Assembly (NCBI GenBank): GCA_963699755.1
Contig: CAVOVB010000001.1
Location: 1,504,001 to 1,568,000 of the forward strand
Length of the DNA: 64,000 bases
From: an uncultured delta proteobacterium
GTDB lineage: Bacteria; Myxococcota_A; Polyangia; Polyangiales; Houyiibacteriaceae
Direction: 5' to 3'
The position numbers were made by a program, and so were the translations under genes. The notes under the pieces were generated by a model that was not told where the DNA came from, made no database searches, and saw only the letters and a list, made by a program, of their open reading frames with translations. The first letter of the stretch is position 1, and each line of letters begins with the position of its first letter. This document shows, piece after piece, positions 31,961-41,921 of the stretch.

Positions 31961-33727
31961 CTAGATAGGCTGAGATCCCTCGACTTCGGCCTGATCGCGA
32001 GGTGCTCGACTCACGCCGTCATGGTAGACGTGCACGTCACGCTGCGGGAACGGTATTGAAATGCCCTCCGCGTCGAAACGCCGCTTCACCTCGCGGGTAA
32101 CGTCCCAGTAGTCGCCCGTTTTGCTCCATGGCCGGACGACGAAGTTCATCGATGAATCGCCGAGCTCATGAAACCGAATCATCGGGGCGGGGTCTTCGAG
32201 AACCTTTTCGTGACTCGTCACGATCTCGGCGAGCACCTGCTCCGCCTTCGCAATGTCGTCCGAGTATCCAATGCTGAACGTCATGTCGATGCGACGGGTC
32301 TCTTGATGCGTGATATTGCGAATGACATCGCCCCAGATCTTGTTGTTCGGGACGACCAGGAGCTGGTTGTCGAAGGTCATGATCATCGTCGACACAAGGT
32401 TCATCTGGTTGACCGCCCCGATGACTCCGCCAGCCTCGATGGCGTCTCCTACGTCGTAGGGCCGATAGACCAGTATCATCAGGCCTGATGCGAAATTTGA
32501 AAGAGTGTCCTGCAAAGCAAAACCGACGACGAAGCCCGCGATACCCAGGCCGGCGAGCAGAGGCCCAATCTCGATGCCCAACTGAGCGATCGCGATGATG
32601 AGCCCGATCAGCATGGTGAGCCGGCCGGTGCTCTTCACGAAGAAATCCCGGGCCAAGCTCGACACCTCAAGCTTCGAGCGTTCGAGCCCTCGTCGCACGG
32701 CGCCTCGCACAATCCGCGCAAGCACCCAGAACCCGAGCAGAATCAGCAGAAACGTAAGCGCGCGGAAGACGAGCTCGGTAGCGTTGTTCTGCAGCCAATC
32801 GCGGGCATCCGCCAACCATTGTTCGAGTAGCCCCCCGGCAACCTCTCGGTCGAGAATGTCCTGAGAGAGCCTGCCCGTCGCGCTGATGATGCCCTGTCTG
32901 AGCTCTGCGGTCTGCATCCCGCGTTTGTCCATCAGTCGAACCGTCAGACGCTGGCTCTCGGCAAGCACATCGCGGTAGCTTCTGAGCGAGACGAGCTCCT
33001 CTTGGGCATCGGCGTCTTGGTCCAAACCGGGCTGGTCGACGAGGGCATCGATGTCCTTTTTCGTCTGCCGAAGAAGGCCTGCGAGGCCGTCGGCGCGAGT
33101 TTGGAGTCGCTCTTTCAGATGCTCGGTGACCGCTTTGACGTCTTCACCAAGCGCAGAGCGTTGAGCGATGCTCGAATCGAAGTACTCGAGAAGTCGGTTT
33201 GCGTCGCGAAGTAGCTCACCGAAGTCCTGACGAGCTTGCCTCGCTTCTTTGGCGCTTCCTTTCGAGATCCTCTCCAGGTCTTCGATCGCTTCGAGCGAGA
33301 GCGAATCCAGCTTCTCCCGCATGGATTTCGCGTCCTGCGTGACGAGATCGATGGTCGCCGCGCGTGCAATCGCAATCTCTCCGCCAGCGTCTTCTCCGTT
33401 TTTCACGAGCTCGACGAGGCTCGCAAGGGACCGTCGATAGCGGGATCGACGCTCCGACAGCTCTTTTCGTACAGGCGCTGCCGCCGCCATGTCCCCAACC
33501 TTTTTCAACTCTGCGCGCAGCTCGTCGAGCTCAGCGCGACGCGCTTTCAAGTCCTCGAGGAGGTCGAGAGCTTGCTGTGAGGTTGTCGTGGTGATTTCGG
33601 ATCGTCCGCCTTCTCGTGGTTGCGTTTCTTGTCCGAGCACCTCGGCTTCGATCGAGAGCGAAAGCGCCACGAAGAGCGCAAGAAGAATCAGCGGCGGAAG
33701 TCGACCGGGCTTGGCATGCGTATCCAT
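31961..33727 (-). CDS. MscS mechanosensitive channel with periplasmic coiled-coil N-terminus
   Basis: GFALQDTLSNFASG, RPYDVGD, VPNNKIW, ISIPFPQRDVH. Confidence 0.92.
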   Translation of the reverse strand: MDTHAKPGRLPPLILLALFVALSLSIEAEVLGQETQPREGGRSEITTTTSQQALDLLEDLKARRAELDELRAELKKVGDMAAAAPVRKELSERRSRYRRSLASLVELVKNGEDAGGEIAIARAATIDLVTQDAKSMREKLDSLSLEAIEDLERISKGSAKEARQARQDFGELLRDANRLLEYFDSSIAQRSALGEDVKAVTEHLKERLQTRADGLAGLLRQTKKDIDALVDQPGLDQDADAQEELVSLRSYRDVLAESQRLTVRLMDKRGMQTAELRQGIISATGRLSQDILDREVAGGLLEQWLADARDWLQNNATELVFRALTFLLILLGFWVLARIVRGAVRRGLERSKLEVSSLARDFFVKSTGRLTMLIGLIIAIAQLGIEIGPLLAGLGIAGFVVGFALQDTLSNFASGLMILVYRPYDVGDAIEAGGVIGAVNQMNLVSTMIMTFDNQLLVVPNNKIWGDVIRNITHQETRRIDMTFSIGYSDDIAKAEQVLAEIVTSHEKVLEDPAPMIRFHELGDSSMNFVVRPWSKTGDYWDVTREVKRRFDAEGISIPFPQRDVHVYHDGVSRAPRDQAEVEGSQPI

Positions 33728-33939
33728 GCCGTGATCTTGCCGACTCGCGAGACGAAAGCGGAAAAAACAGCCTCGTCGCGAGGCGGCAAGATTCCCCGTC
33801 GCGCTAGTCGAGCTCCCGCAGCCCACTACCGGTGCCGGCGCCGGTCACGAGTGTCGCAGCTCCGTGCGGCCTCAAGTGTTTTATATCAAACATGAATCCT
33901 CCTATTGCAGGTGCAGAGGCCTGTCTCTAGCGTTCGGCT

Positions 33940-34758
33940 ATGAAAGACGACCTCAACCCTACGTCTCGCGAGGTCTTGCTGTGTCTTCTCTTGCCCAACG
34001 CTTCTTGCGGATTCCCCATCGGTGCGAGCGCGCAAGAGGCCTCGACCGAGAGAGCTGAGCACGAGAGCGCGGTTTCGTTCGAAGCAATCGAGCCCGATTT
34101 CGCCGTCGACTCGGTTGAAGCAAGCATAGCCAAGATCCAAGTGCTCTCCAAGTCCGGTATCGCAGCAACCCAGGTCATCGAGATTGGGGAAAACTTCGAT
34201 TGGGCACAGCTGGTTTCTGGAGAATAAGTCAAGGGTGAAATCAAACGCATGCGGGATGACGACCTCGAGCTCGACAGCGACAAGCTAGACATCTTGAAGA
34301 TCGACTTTGATGACGTCGCGCTTGTTCATTCGCCACGCATCGCAACATACGTCTTCGAAGGTCGAGTGAGCGCAAGCGGCAAGGGCGTCATCATCCCAGA
34401 CAAAGTCATCATCGAGACCAGAGAGGGAACAAAGGTCTTCCCGCGAAGTGAGCTGCAGTCGATCATCGAGGGCGGTGAGCGAGAGGGAAGCTGGTGGTGG
34501 TTCACGCTTGGCTTTGGTCTCACTTCGAACAAAGGAAACACCGATCAGTTCACCTACGACAGCAGTTTCAATGTCCGCCGCGAAGATCGGTTGACGTTGC
34601 TTCGTTTGGCTTACTACGCGACCTTCGGCCGGACCGACGGCTTCCAAAACGGCAGAGGTCATCTCGTGAACCTGGATTTCAGCGTGTTTCTTTTCCTTCG
34701 GACCGAAGATCCTGCACCACCCCCTGATCCCCATGTGACTATCGAGAAGAACGACTAG
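33940..34758 (+). pseudogene. DUF481-like outer-membrane protein with in-frame stop and truncation
   Basis: DWAQLVSGE*VKGEIKRMR with TAA at 34225; GLTSNKGNTDQ barrel start, then ends abruptly. Confidence 0.6.
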
Positions 34759-34943
34759 CAGCTGATTGTCGGCGTCAGCTTGGAGCTTGGCTAGGTTGAA
34801 GGGACAGCGGCGCGTGGGTATGGCATGCCTCTGCGTCTCGCTCGTGCGACCCGCCAGGACTACATGCCACGAAGGCGCACAAGCGCGACGCGCGGCTCCT
34901 CGCCCATTGGACGAGGGCCAAGTGACTGCCGCACCGGGCGAGC

Positions 34944-35334
34944 ATGTCACGGCGAAGAAGCCCAAGTCCGCATCGTATCCTTTAGCGTCGATGCAGACGA
35001 ACTGGTCCGTCTCGATGCCTTGCTCGGCAGACGAGCTGCTCCCGTGGCGAAGTGCTCCGCCGGTGTCTCCAGAGTGTTCGCCTCACAAGCACTGTGGACG
35101 CGCCAAGCGCTCAGCGAGGCATCGCGCATTCACGCAAAACCTCAATCGTCGCGGCGGTCTGCCCAAGCTCGCGTTTCGTGGGGGCGTTGCGGACCCTCCC
35201 AGCTACACCAGACTGAATCTCGAGCTCATCGACTCGGCTATGGACGTCCGCCGGGCGGTGAGCCCTTTAGTGGTGCAACGGTGACCGTCCGCCACCAGCG
35301 CGAATCGGCATCCAACTCAGGGGTTCGCAGATAG
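34944..35334 (+). pseudogene. Degenerate mobC plus the first codons of a relaxase (IME relic)
   Basis: RLNLELIDSAMDVRRAV and VTVRHQRESASN match 56658-57040. Confidence 0.8.
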
Positions 35335-35467
35335 TTTCTACAAACGCAATGCCATTCACTTAGGAGCCTCGAGGCGGTCAGTGCGTGGGGCGGACGTCTC
35401 CGCAGACCGCAGAGCCCGGCTCCGTGCGTGGAGCCGGGATCCGCCGTTGTCGCGGAGACGGGTTGTG

Positions 35468-36343
35468 TCATTTGCGCGCGACCACGCAGCGCGCTTCCCA
35501 GCCCATCTGCTCGATGGGTCCGCGAGACAGGTCACCGAGTGCCTCAACGACACCCGCCTTGACCGAAGCCACGAGCTCGGTGGGGGCATCCCCGAGCGCC
35601 GCAACGATGGGAGGCACAACTTCGTTCATGAACGCCCAGTACTCGTCGAACGAATCACACGGCATTTGGCCCCGCATCGGCTCGCTTCGCTCGAGACGAA
35701 GTCCGGCATCGTCGAAGAGCGCGTGCAAGTCGTCAGGTTCGGCGCAGCGGAAGATCCCCGGACTTCCCGGCGGCGGGCTAGGAAGCTCCAGCTGCTTCCC
35801 CAGCACACCCATGAACGTCGTCAGCCACGGGTTGTCGCTCGGAGCAGCCCACACTGTTGCCGCTGCAACCCCGCCGGGCCGAAGCACGCGGGCTATCTCC
35901 CTGACGGCCTGCAGCGGATCGGGAAAGAACATGAGCCCAAGGCGACAGGACACCGCATCGAAGCTGCGGTCGGAGAAATCCAGCGCGCAGGCGTCACCGA
36001 CGACCGTTTTGAAGTTGGTCAGATGTAGAGCCTTGGACTTGTCGTAAGCGATTCGCAGCATGCCCTCGCACGCGTCTAGCGCGGTCACCTCGACGGTGCG
36101 CCTCCGGGACGCCAGCGTCAGCCCTGGGTCGCCGGTGCCTGCGGCGATGTCGAGCACTCGCGCTCCATCTCGCAGCTCGAGGGCGCTCAGAATGGCGGTC
36201 GCCTGCGGTTGCAGGAAGCGCATGGTGAAGTCGTCCCACTTCTCCCACCCAGCGGAGAACTTGTTCCACGATTGCTTCTGCGATCGCAGGATGCTGGCTG
36301 GCGAAAGACGAACGGTGGTGTCTTGCGTTTGACTCGTTTGCAT
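35468..36343 (-). CDS. Class I SAM-dependent methyltransferase
   Basis: VLDIAAGTGD, SFDAVSCRLG, RVLRPGG. Confidence 0.9.
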   Translation of the reverse strand: MQTSQTQDTTVRLSPASILRSQKQSWNKFSAGWEKWDDFTMRFLQPQATAILSALELRDGARVLDIAAGTGDPGLTLASRRRTVEVTALDACEGMLRIAYDKSKALHLTNFKTVVGDACALDFSDRSFDAVSCRLGLMFFPDPLQAVREIARVLRPGGVAAATVWAAPSDNPWLTTFMGVLGKQLELPSPPPGSPGIFRCAEPDDLHALFDDAGLRLERSEPMRGQMPCDSFDEYWAFMNEVVPPIVAALGDAPTELVASVKAGVVEALGDLSRGPIEQMGWEARCVVARK

Positions 36344-36393
36344 GGCGGATTCCTCTGAAAGGTGTGCAATGGCCTCGGTGGGTTGTCTTTGGC

Positions 36394-36957
36394 TCACTGC
36401 ACCCGGCGAACCGCGAGCGGGGTCGGGTTGGAGACGATGTCGACGAGTGGCGAGCGCTCCTGGGCGACTTGAATGAGCTCGTCGATGATCTCTGACGGTG
36501 CGTCGGCGTCGACCTTGAGCGATACGCGAATTGCCTCATAGCCGTTGCGGACCGTGCCATCGAGGCCGAGGACGCCGTGCAGGTCCACGTCCCCTTCGAG
36601 CGTGGATTCTACCGAGCGCAGTCGAATGCCGCGTGCGGTCGCATGGATCACCAGGGTGGAGCACAGGCACGCCGCAAGAGCGTGGAGAGCGTGCTGTGCC
36701 GGGTTAGCAGCACGGTCCGCGCTCAGCAGGACCGCGGGCTCGTCGCTATCGACGACGTGGGGCTGTTCATGGATGTGCTTCTGACAGGCTCCGTCGAAGT
36801 CCGAGATCGTCGTCCGATTGTGACCGCCACCAAGCCACTGGGTATGGGCGCGGAACTGGAACTTGGCAATGACGGGTTGGTCGCCGATGGCGTTGACGGT
36901 GGCGCCCATTGCATTGGTGTCGAGACCGTTCAGGATGGAAGTCTGCTGGTTGTTCAT
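36394..36957 (-). CDS. OsmC-family protein
   Basis: DEPAVL...ANP...ALAAC, LEGDVDLHGVLG, RSPLVDIVSNP. Confidence 0.85.
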   Translation of the reverse strand: MNNQQTSILNGLDTNAMGATVNAIGDQPVIAKFQFRAHTQWLGGGHNRTTISDFDGACQKHIHEQPHVVDSDEPAVLLSADRAANPAQHALHALAACLCSTLVIHATARGIRLRSVESTLEGDVDLHGVLGLDGTVRNGYEAIRVSLKVDADAPSEIIDELIQVAQERSPLVDIVSNPTPLAVRRVQ

Positions 36958-37007
36958 GGTGATTGTCCTCGTGGTTGTGGGCGACGTGCCCGGATGCCTT
37001 GCCGATG

Positions 37008-37023
37008 AGCACAGGTCGGGCCA
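37008..37023 (-). promoter_or_regulatory. Sigma54 promoter of the osmC-methyltransferase operon
   Basis: TGGCCCGACCTGTGCT (GG-N10-GC) about 50 bp upstream of the ATG, next to a sigma54 activator gene. Confidence 0.65.
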
Positions 37024-37092
37024 AGTCGCGAACAGGCCACGAATGCAAGCAATTACAGTGGCTTACCAAGCGTGCCAGGCAATGCTGGCGGA

Positions 37093-37147
37093 CGCGAGAT
37101 CTCGCGTAGCGCGAAATCTCGCGTCGGATTCGGCACGATATCTCGCG
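37093..37147. promoter_or_regulatory. Three palindromic enhancer-like sites
   Basis: CGCGAGATCTCGCG (37093), CGCGAAATCTCGCG (37110), CACGATATCTCGCG (37134). Confidence 0.65.
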
Positions 37148-39087
37148 CTACTTGATACCGAGCGCCTGCAGTCGCGAGCGAAAAGTGGACGGTTTCATGC
37201 CCAGCATCGCTGCCGCCCCGGACGAGCCCGCGACCGTACCTTCGCACAGCTCCAGCGCACGTTCGAAGTTGCGCTTTTCCAGCGCGCGCAGCTCGTCGAT
37301 GGTCAGCACGGTGGGCGCGTTTTCTCCCTCGTCGCGCAAGCCTGGAGCGGCGAACTGCACCGCCTCGGCGAGGTCCGGCAGCGCGCGGCTCAGGTCGACA
37401 ACACCGTGTCGGGCGGTGATGACCGCGCGCTCCAGCACATTGATGAGCTCGCGCACGTTGCCCGGCCAGTCGTAGCGTGAGAGCCGATCGATGGCGAAGT
37501 CGGACGGTGCTTCCAGCGTCTTGCCCATGCGCACGGATATCCTCTTGAGCAACGTCCGCGTGAGCAGGGGAATGTCCTCGCGCCGCTCGCGGAGGGGCGG
37601 GACGTGGATCGGAAACACTGCCAAGCGGTAGTAGAGGTCTTCACGAAAGCGCCCGGCCTTGACTTCTCCGAGCAGGTCCCGGTGGGTGGCTGCCACTTCT
37701 CGGACATCCACACTGCGGGTACGCGAGCTTCCCACGGGCTCGAACTCGCCGCACTGCAGCACTCGAAGCAGCTTCGGTTGAAGAGACAGCGTAAGCTCTC
37801 CGATCTCGTCAAGGAACAGCGTGCCCCCGTCGGCGAGCGCAAACCGCCCCTCCCTTCTGCGCGTCGCACCGGTGTACGCCCCAGCTTCGTGCCCAAAGAA
37901 TTCGCTCTCGATGAGGTTGTCTGGGATCGCCCCACAGTTGACCTTGACGATGCGCTTGCTGCTGCGGGCGCTCAGTTCATGCAAGGCATCGGCGACGAGC
38001 TCCTTGCCGGTCCCCGTTTCACCCATCACCAGCACCGTTGCGTCGGTAGCGGCGACTTCTTCGATATTCCGCTGCATGGCGCGGAAAGCCAGGCTCTCTC
38101 CCATCATTCCGGTGGTTCGCCCTCTGGAGGCGCGCAGGTACTCCGCCTCGCTTGCCAGCGCTTCGATCGCACGTTCGGCCTCGAGGCGGTCGTTTACGTT
38201 TCTGAGGATCAGTGTGTAGTAGGCCTCCCCTTGGGCGCCCTGCGATCGCGAGAGAGAGCCCTCTGCAGGGAACAGCTCGCCGCTCGCTATTCGCCCCGTA
38301 AGGCCGCCAGCCACCCAGCTTAGCTTGCCCGTTGACCGGCCGGCCGCCCGTCGAGGGCGCGGGCGAGGCCTCTCACTTTCTGGGAAGACTCCTCGTCGAG
38401 GAAGGGCAGAAAGTCAGTCCCGACGAGCTCGCCGGGATCCTGTCCGAACACCGACGCGGCGGCCGTGTTTGCATGCGTGACCCGGAAGTCGCGATCCAGG
38501 TCCACAATGGCGTCCAGTACGCCATCGACCAGTCGTGCCAGCCTGGCCTCCCGCTCGCGGACTTCGCGCTCTGCCCGCAGGCGGCGTAACTCGGCCGCGG
38601 CCCGCGCCGAGAACACCCGAAACAGTGCGTCCAGCCTCGGATCGGCCGGCATGGGACGCGTATCGAGCGCAGCGAGGTGCCCCAGCACGCTCCCGTCCGA
38701 ATCGAGAAGCGCGAGCCCCATGAAGCTCACTGCGCGAGTCTGCTGCACGACTTGGTTGTCCGGGTAAAGATCGATGATGTTGTCTTCGATGTGAATGAGG
38801 CTCCCACTCTGTTCCACAACCCTCTCGCAAGGCGTCCCGTCGATGTCGTAGTTGAAATCGTCGACGAACCCGCCATCGAGGAACATGCTGTAGGAATTCA
38901 GGCGCCTTTCTTCGGGACGCCATTCGGTCACCCAGGCACCGAAGGTCTGCATAGCCGAACTGAGGCTCCGAGTGAGCTGAGCGAAGAACTGGGTGCCCGT
39001 TGCGCCCGCGGTCCCCTCTGCCACGCTGCGCCACAACGAAACATCGTCCAGAGAATCGAAACGCGAGATTGTGGCCCTTTGCGACAC
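37148..39087 (-). pseudogene. GAF-PAS-AAA+ sigma54-dependent Fis-family activator, split by a 5-bp duplication at 38317-38326
   Basis: [25 protein letters not shown]; removing one AGCTT restores ...RASWVAGG... Confidence 0.85.
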
Positions 39088-39432
39088 GGCCTCATAGTAT
39101 CGAGTGTGGCCCCCGGACGCACCCTCGACGGGGTAGCCGCGGAGCCCGGACTCGTTTGCTCGTTGCCACGGTCACCCGCGGAAAACGTCCTCGTCCACGA
39201 GGGATCGAATCGCAATCTCATCGATTTCCAGCCCAGCGCGTGCGTGCTCGGCCTTCCACGTCGCTCGCCAGATGAGCCGGCGAACGAGCTCGGTCGTCTG
39301 GGGGCGACCCATTGACTTCCACTCCGAGCAGAGAGCATCGAGGAACGCGGTGGCAGATAGAAGAACTTTGAGCTTGACGGGGGACGCCGCTTCGCAGAAG
39401 GCAACACAAAGCCGCTCTCCGCGCGGTTCCCG

Positions 39433-39495
39433 ACGCGACCTAACGAGCTAGTACCGCGCAATTCGGCGCTCATCATCATCCCGATGGGCTAAGAG
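39433..39495 (+). repeat. Dispersed ~63-bp dif-like repeat, copy A
   Basis: acgcgacctaacgagctagtaccgcgcaattcggcgctcatcatcatcccgatgggctaagag. Confidence 0.85.
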
Positions 39496-39538
39496 GCTCT
39501 CCGATCGCGGTGGAGGGGCTGTCCGGACGGGCTGGCCC

Positions 39539-40534
39539 TCAGCCCGACTTGGCCCTGCCCGCCTTCACCTCGGTCACGTCGTCGAAGTCCAATTCTACCT
39601 CGACGTCCGCTTTTCCGCGCGGCTCGCCCTTCGAGCCGGCGGTCCCTACGCTGTTCAAGTCGGCCCCGGAACGGCCAGCAGTGCCAGCGCTTTTCCCGCC
39701 CGATGCATTCGCGTTCGCCGGAGAAAACTTCTTCACCTTGTCCGTTGCCTCCACGGGGGCTGCTTCATCCCCTTTGGCCGCTTCGACCGGGTCTACGAAG
39801 CCGTGTGCTTCGGCGATCTTCGGCACGATCATCGCGCTCCAGATGTCCTTCAGCGGAACATGCTCCAAGAGCGTTTGGGAGCCGACCGCATCCACCAAAC
39901 CGGCTTCGGTGAACTTCTTCTTCTCCTGCCCGGCGGTCAAGGCCGCCGTGATGATCTTCTCGAGCTCGCTACGGGGAAGTAGCGCGGCGATGCGATGGAC
40001 CGAGATACCGTCGATGATGTCACGATGGGTCATCAGCTCATCTTGGAGGGCCCGATCCATCATGAAGGCCACATGTTCCGTGGCTCTCTTCGACGCTTCC
40101 GCATCCGACGACGAGGCATCCCAGAACTCACCCTCGATCAGGAATTGCCAAAGTGCTTTGTCGGAGAGGTACCGGACACGATCATCTGGATCGAAGAGAC
40201 CCACGACCGTCTCGGCGTTCGTCTCTCCTTCGTCCAAGGCGATCTGCAGATCTTCACCCGCCGATTCAGCGGACTTCTTCGACGCGATTCGGGACTTGAT
40301 ACCCGTGGTGGTCACCAGGATGTTGGCCCGCAGCGAAGGTCGATCACCCAAGCCCGCCATGATGGCCGCTGGAGGGAAGTGACGTATGAAATCCTCCGCA
40401 GTGCGTCGTCCGCATCCAAGGGCATGCTCGACCACGTGGGCGAGGAAGCGCTCACGTCCGTGACTGAGCTTGGAGGCGAACGGAGGTTTCTCTTCCTGGA
40501 TTCCTTCGGGTTCTGTCTTCTTCGCGTCGGCCAT
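39539..40534 (-). CDS. Hypothetical helical protein
   Basis: 331-aa ORF with plausible codon usage; no family recognised. Confidence 0.7.
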   Translation of the reverse strand: MADAKKTEPEGIQEEKPPFASKLSHGRERFLAHVVEHALGCGRRTAEDFIRHFPPAAIMAGLGDRPSLRANILVTTTGIKSRIASKKSAESAGEDLQIALDEGETNAETVVGLFDPDDRVRYLSDKALWQFLIEGEFWDASSSDAEASKRATEHVAFMMDRALQDELMTHRDIIDGISVHRIAALLPRSELEKIITAALTAGQEKKKFTEAGLVDAVGSQTLLEHVPLKDIWSAMIVPKIAEAHGFVDPVEAAKGDEAAPVEATDKVKKFSPANANASGGKSAGTAGRSGADLNSVGTAGSKGEPRGKADVEVELDFDDVTEVKAGRAKSG

Positions 40535-40703
40535 GCCAGTCCATCTTTCGTTGAAACAGGAAAACTACACATATAAGGTATGAAAATCGCAGTCTCAGGT
40601 CAATGGAAATGTCGACCATGCCGAATGCCGGGCTCGTACCGAGAGCTCACGATCCAGTCCGCTTGCGCCTAGGAATCACTGAAAACACAAGTAGGCTCCA
40701 ACA

Positions 40704-40895
40704 TCACCCCGGTCCGTTTCTGCTCGAGTCCCACTCGACGGCGCAGCCACCGCCTCCGCGCCAGTCGTTCTCCAGGGTGCAGAACCGGGTACGGCCATCG
40801 TCGCGGTCCAAGCTGCCATCGTCGCAAACCTCGTCGACGTCGAGGACGCCGTTGTCGCAGGTCAGCGGTGCCGCGCGAACCGGGGTGGCGGCCAT
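40704..40895 (-). pseudogene. Fragment with a degenerate Myxococcus Cys-rich repeat
   Basis: TCDNGVLDVDEVCDDGSLDRDDG...CTLE. Confidence 0.5.
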
Positions 40896-41038
40896 GGTAT
40901 TTACAGACGCCGCTGCCACACTGAGGGGCTTCGGTGCAAGGCCCTGCGCCCAGCTCGCATCGGTCTTCGGGCCGCTAGGATATCCCGATTTCGCGCCGAG
41001 TCCCGGATTGAGCAAATGAACTGCGAGCGACTCCCCCG

Positions 41039-41875
41039 ATGCTGATCGACTCTCTCCTCATTCTCGCTGGCTTCGCGTTGCTCCTGGGAGGTGGAGAAGG
41101 CCTGGTGCGTGGCGCGAGCGGAATTGCGCTCCTTGCACGGGTCCCTCCGCCGGTCGTCGGGCTCACCGCTTTGGTCCGCCCTTTGTGAATCTTGGGCAAT
41201 ACCGTTCGCTTCGAATGGCCGGTCATGATGCTCGCTGCGGTTCTGCTCCATCTGCTCGCACGGGACTTGCTCGTCGATCGATTGGAGAGCGGCTTCCTCT
41301 TCGTGTGCATGGTCGCCTTTGCGGTTTACGCCGTCTGGCTCGGCCGCAAAGGGGTTGCTCCGGTCGAGCAACAGGAGTTCGCAGACCTGACGACCGCGTC
41401 CTTTGGTCGGTCTGGGAGGGCCGCCGTGGGCCTCAACGTTGTGGCGGTCGCCGTTGGGATTGGGTTGCTGGGTGCAGGCTCCACGGCCCTGGTGCAAGGG
41501 GCCGTCGGCGTGGCCAGCCTGCTCGGCGTCCCGGACACCGTCATTGGCCTCACGATCGTGGCAGCCGGGACCAGCGCGCCCGAGCTCGTGACCTCACTGG
41601 TCGCCGCACGCAGGGGGCAGGACGACATCGCAGTCGGCAACATCGTCGGCTCGAACATCTTCAACGTGCTCGGCATCGTCGGAGTCGCGGGCCTCATTCG
41701 ACCTTTGCCAGTTCCGCGAGAAATCATCGTTTGGGACGACCTGTGGATGTTGGGCGGATCTGCCCTGCTGTTTCCATTGATGAAAACCGACATGACGATC
41801 AACCGTATCGAAGGCGCCTTGCTCTTGGCGGGGTTCGCAACGTACATGGCGCTCTTGATCCACCGATTCGCGTGA
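41039..41875 (+). pseudogene. Ca2+/Na+ antiporter (YrbG family) with internal deletion and TGA at 41186
   Basis: First alpha repeat collapsed (VVGLT|ALVRPL*); second repeat GTSAPE...[10 protein letters not shown] intact. Confidence 0.85.
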
Positions 41876-41921
41876 AATCGTCATGGGCATCGCTTTAGAG
41901 GCCACGAGGATGCAATAGCGT

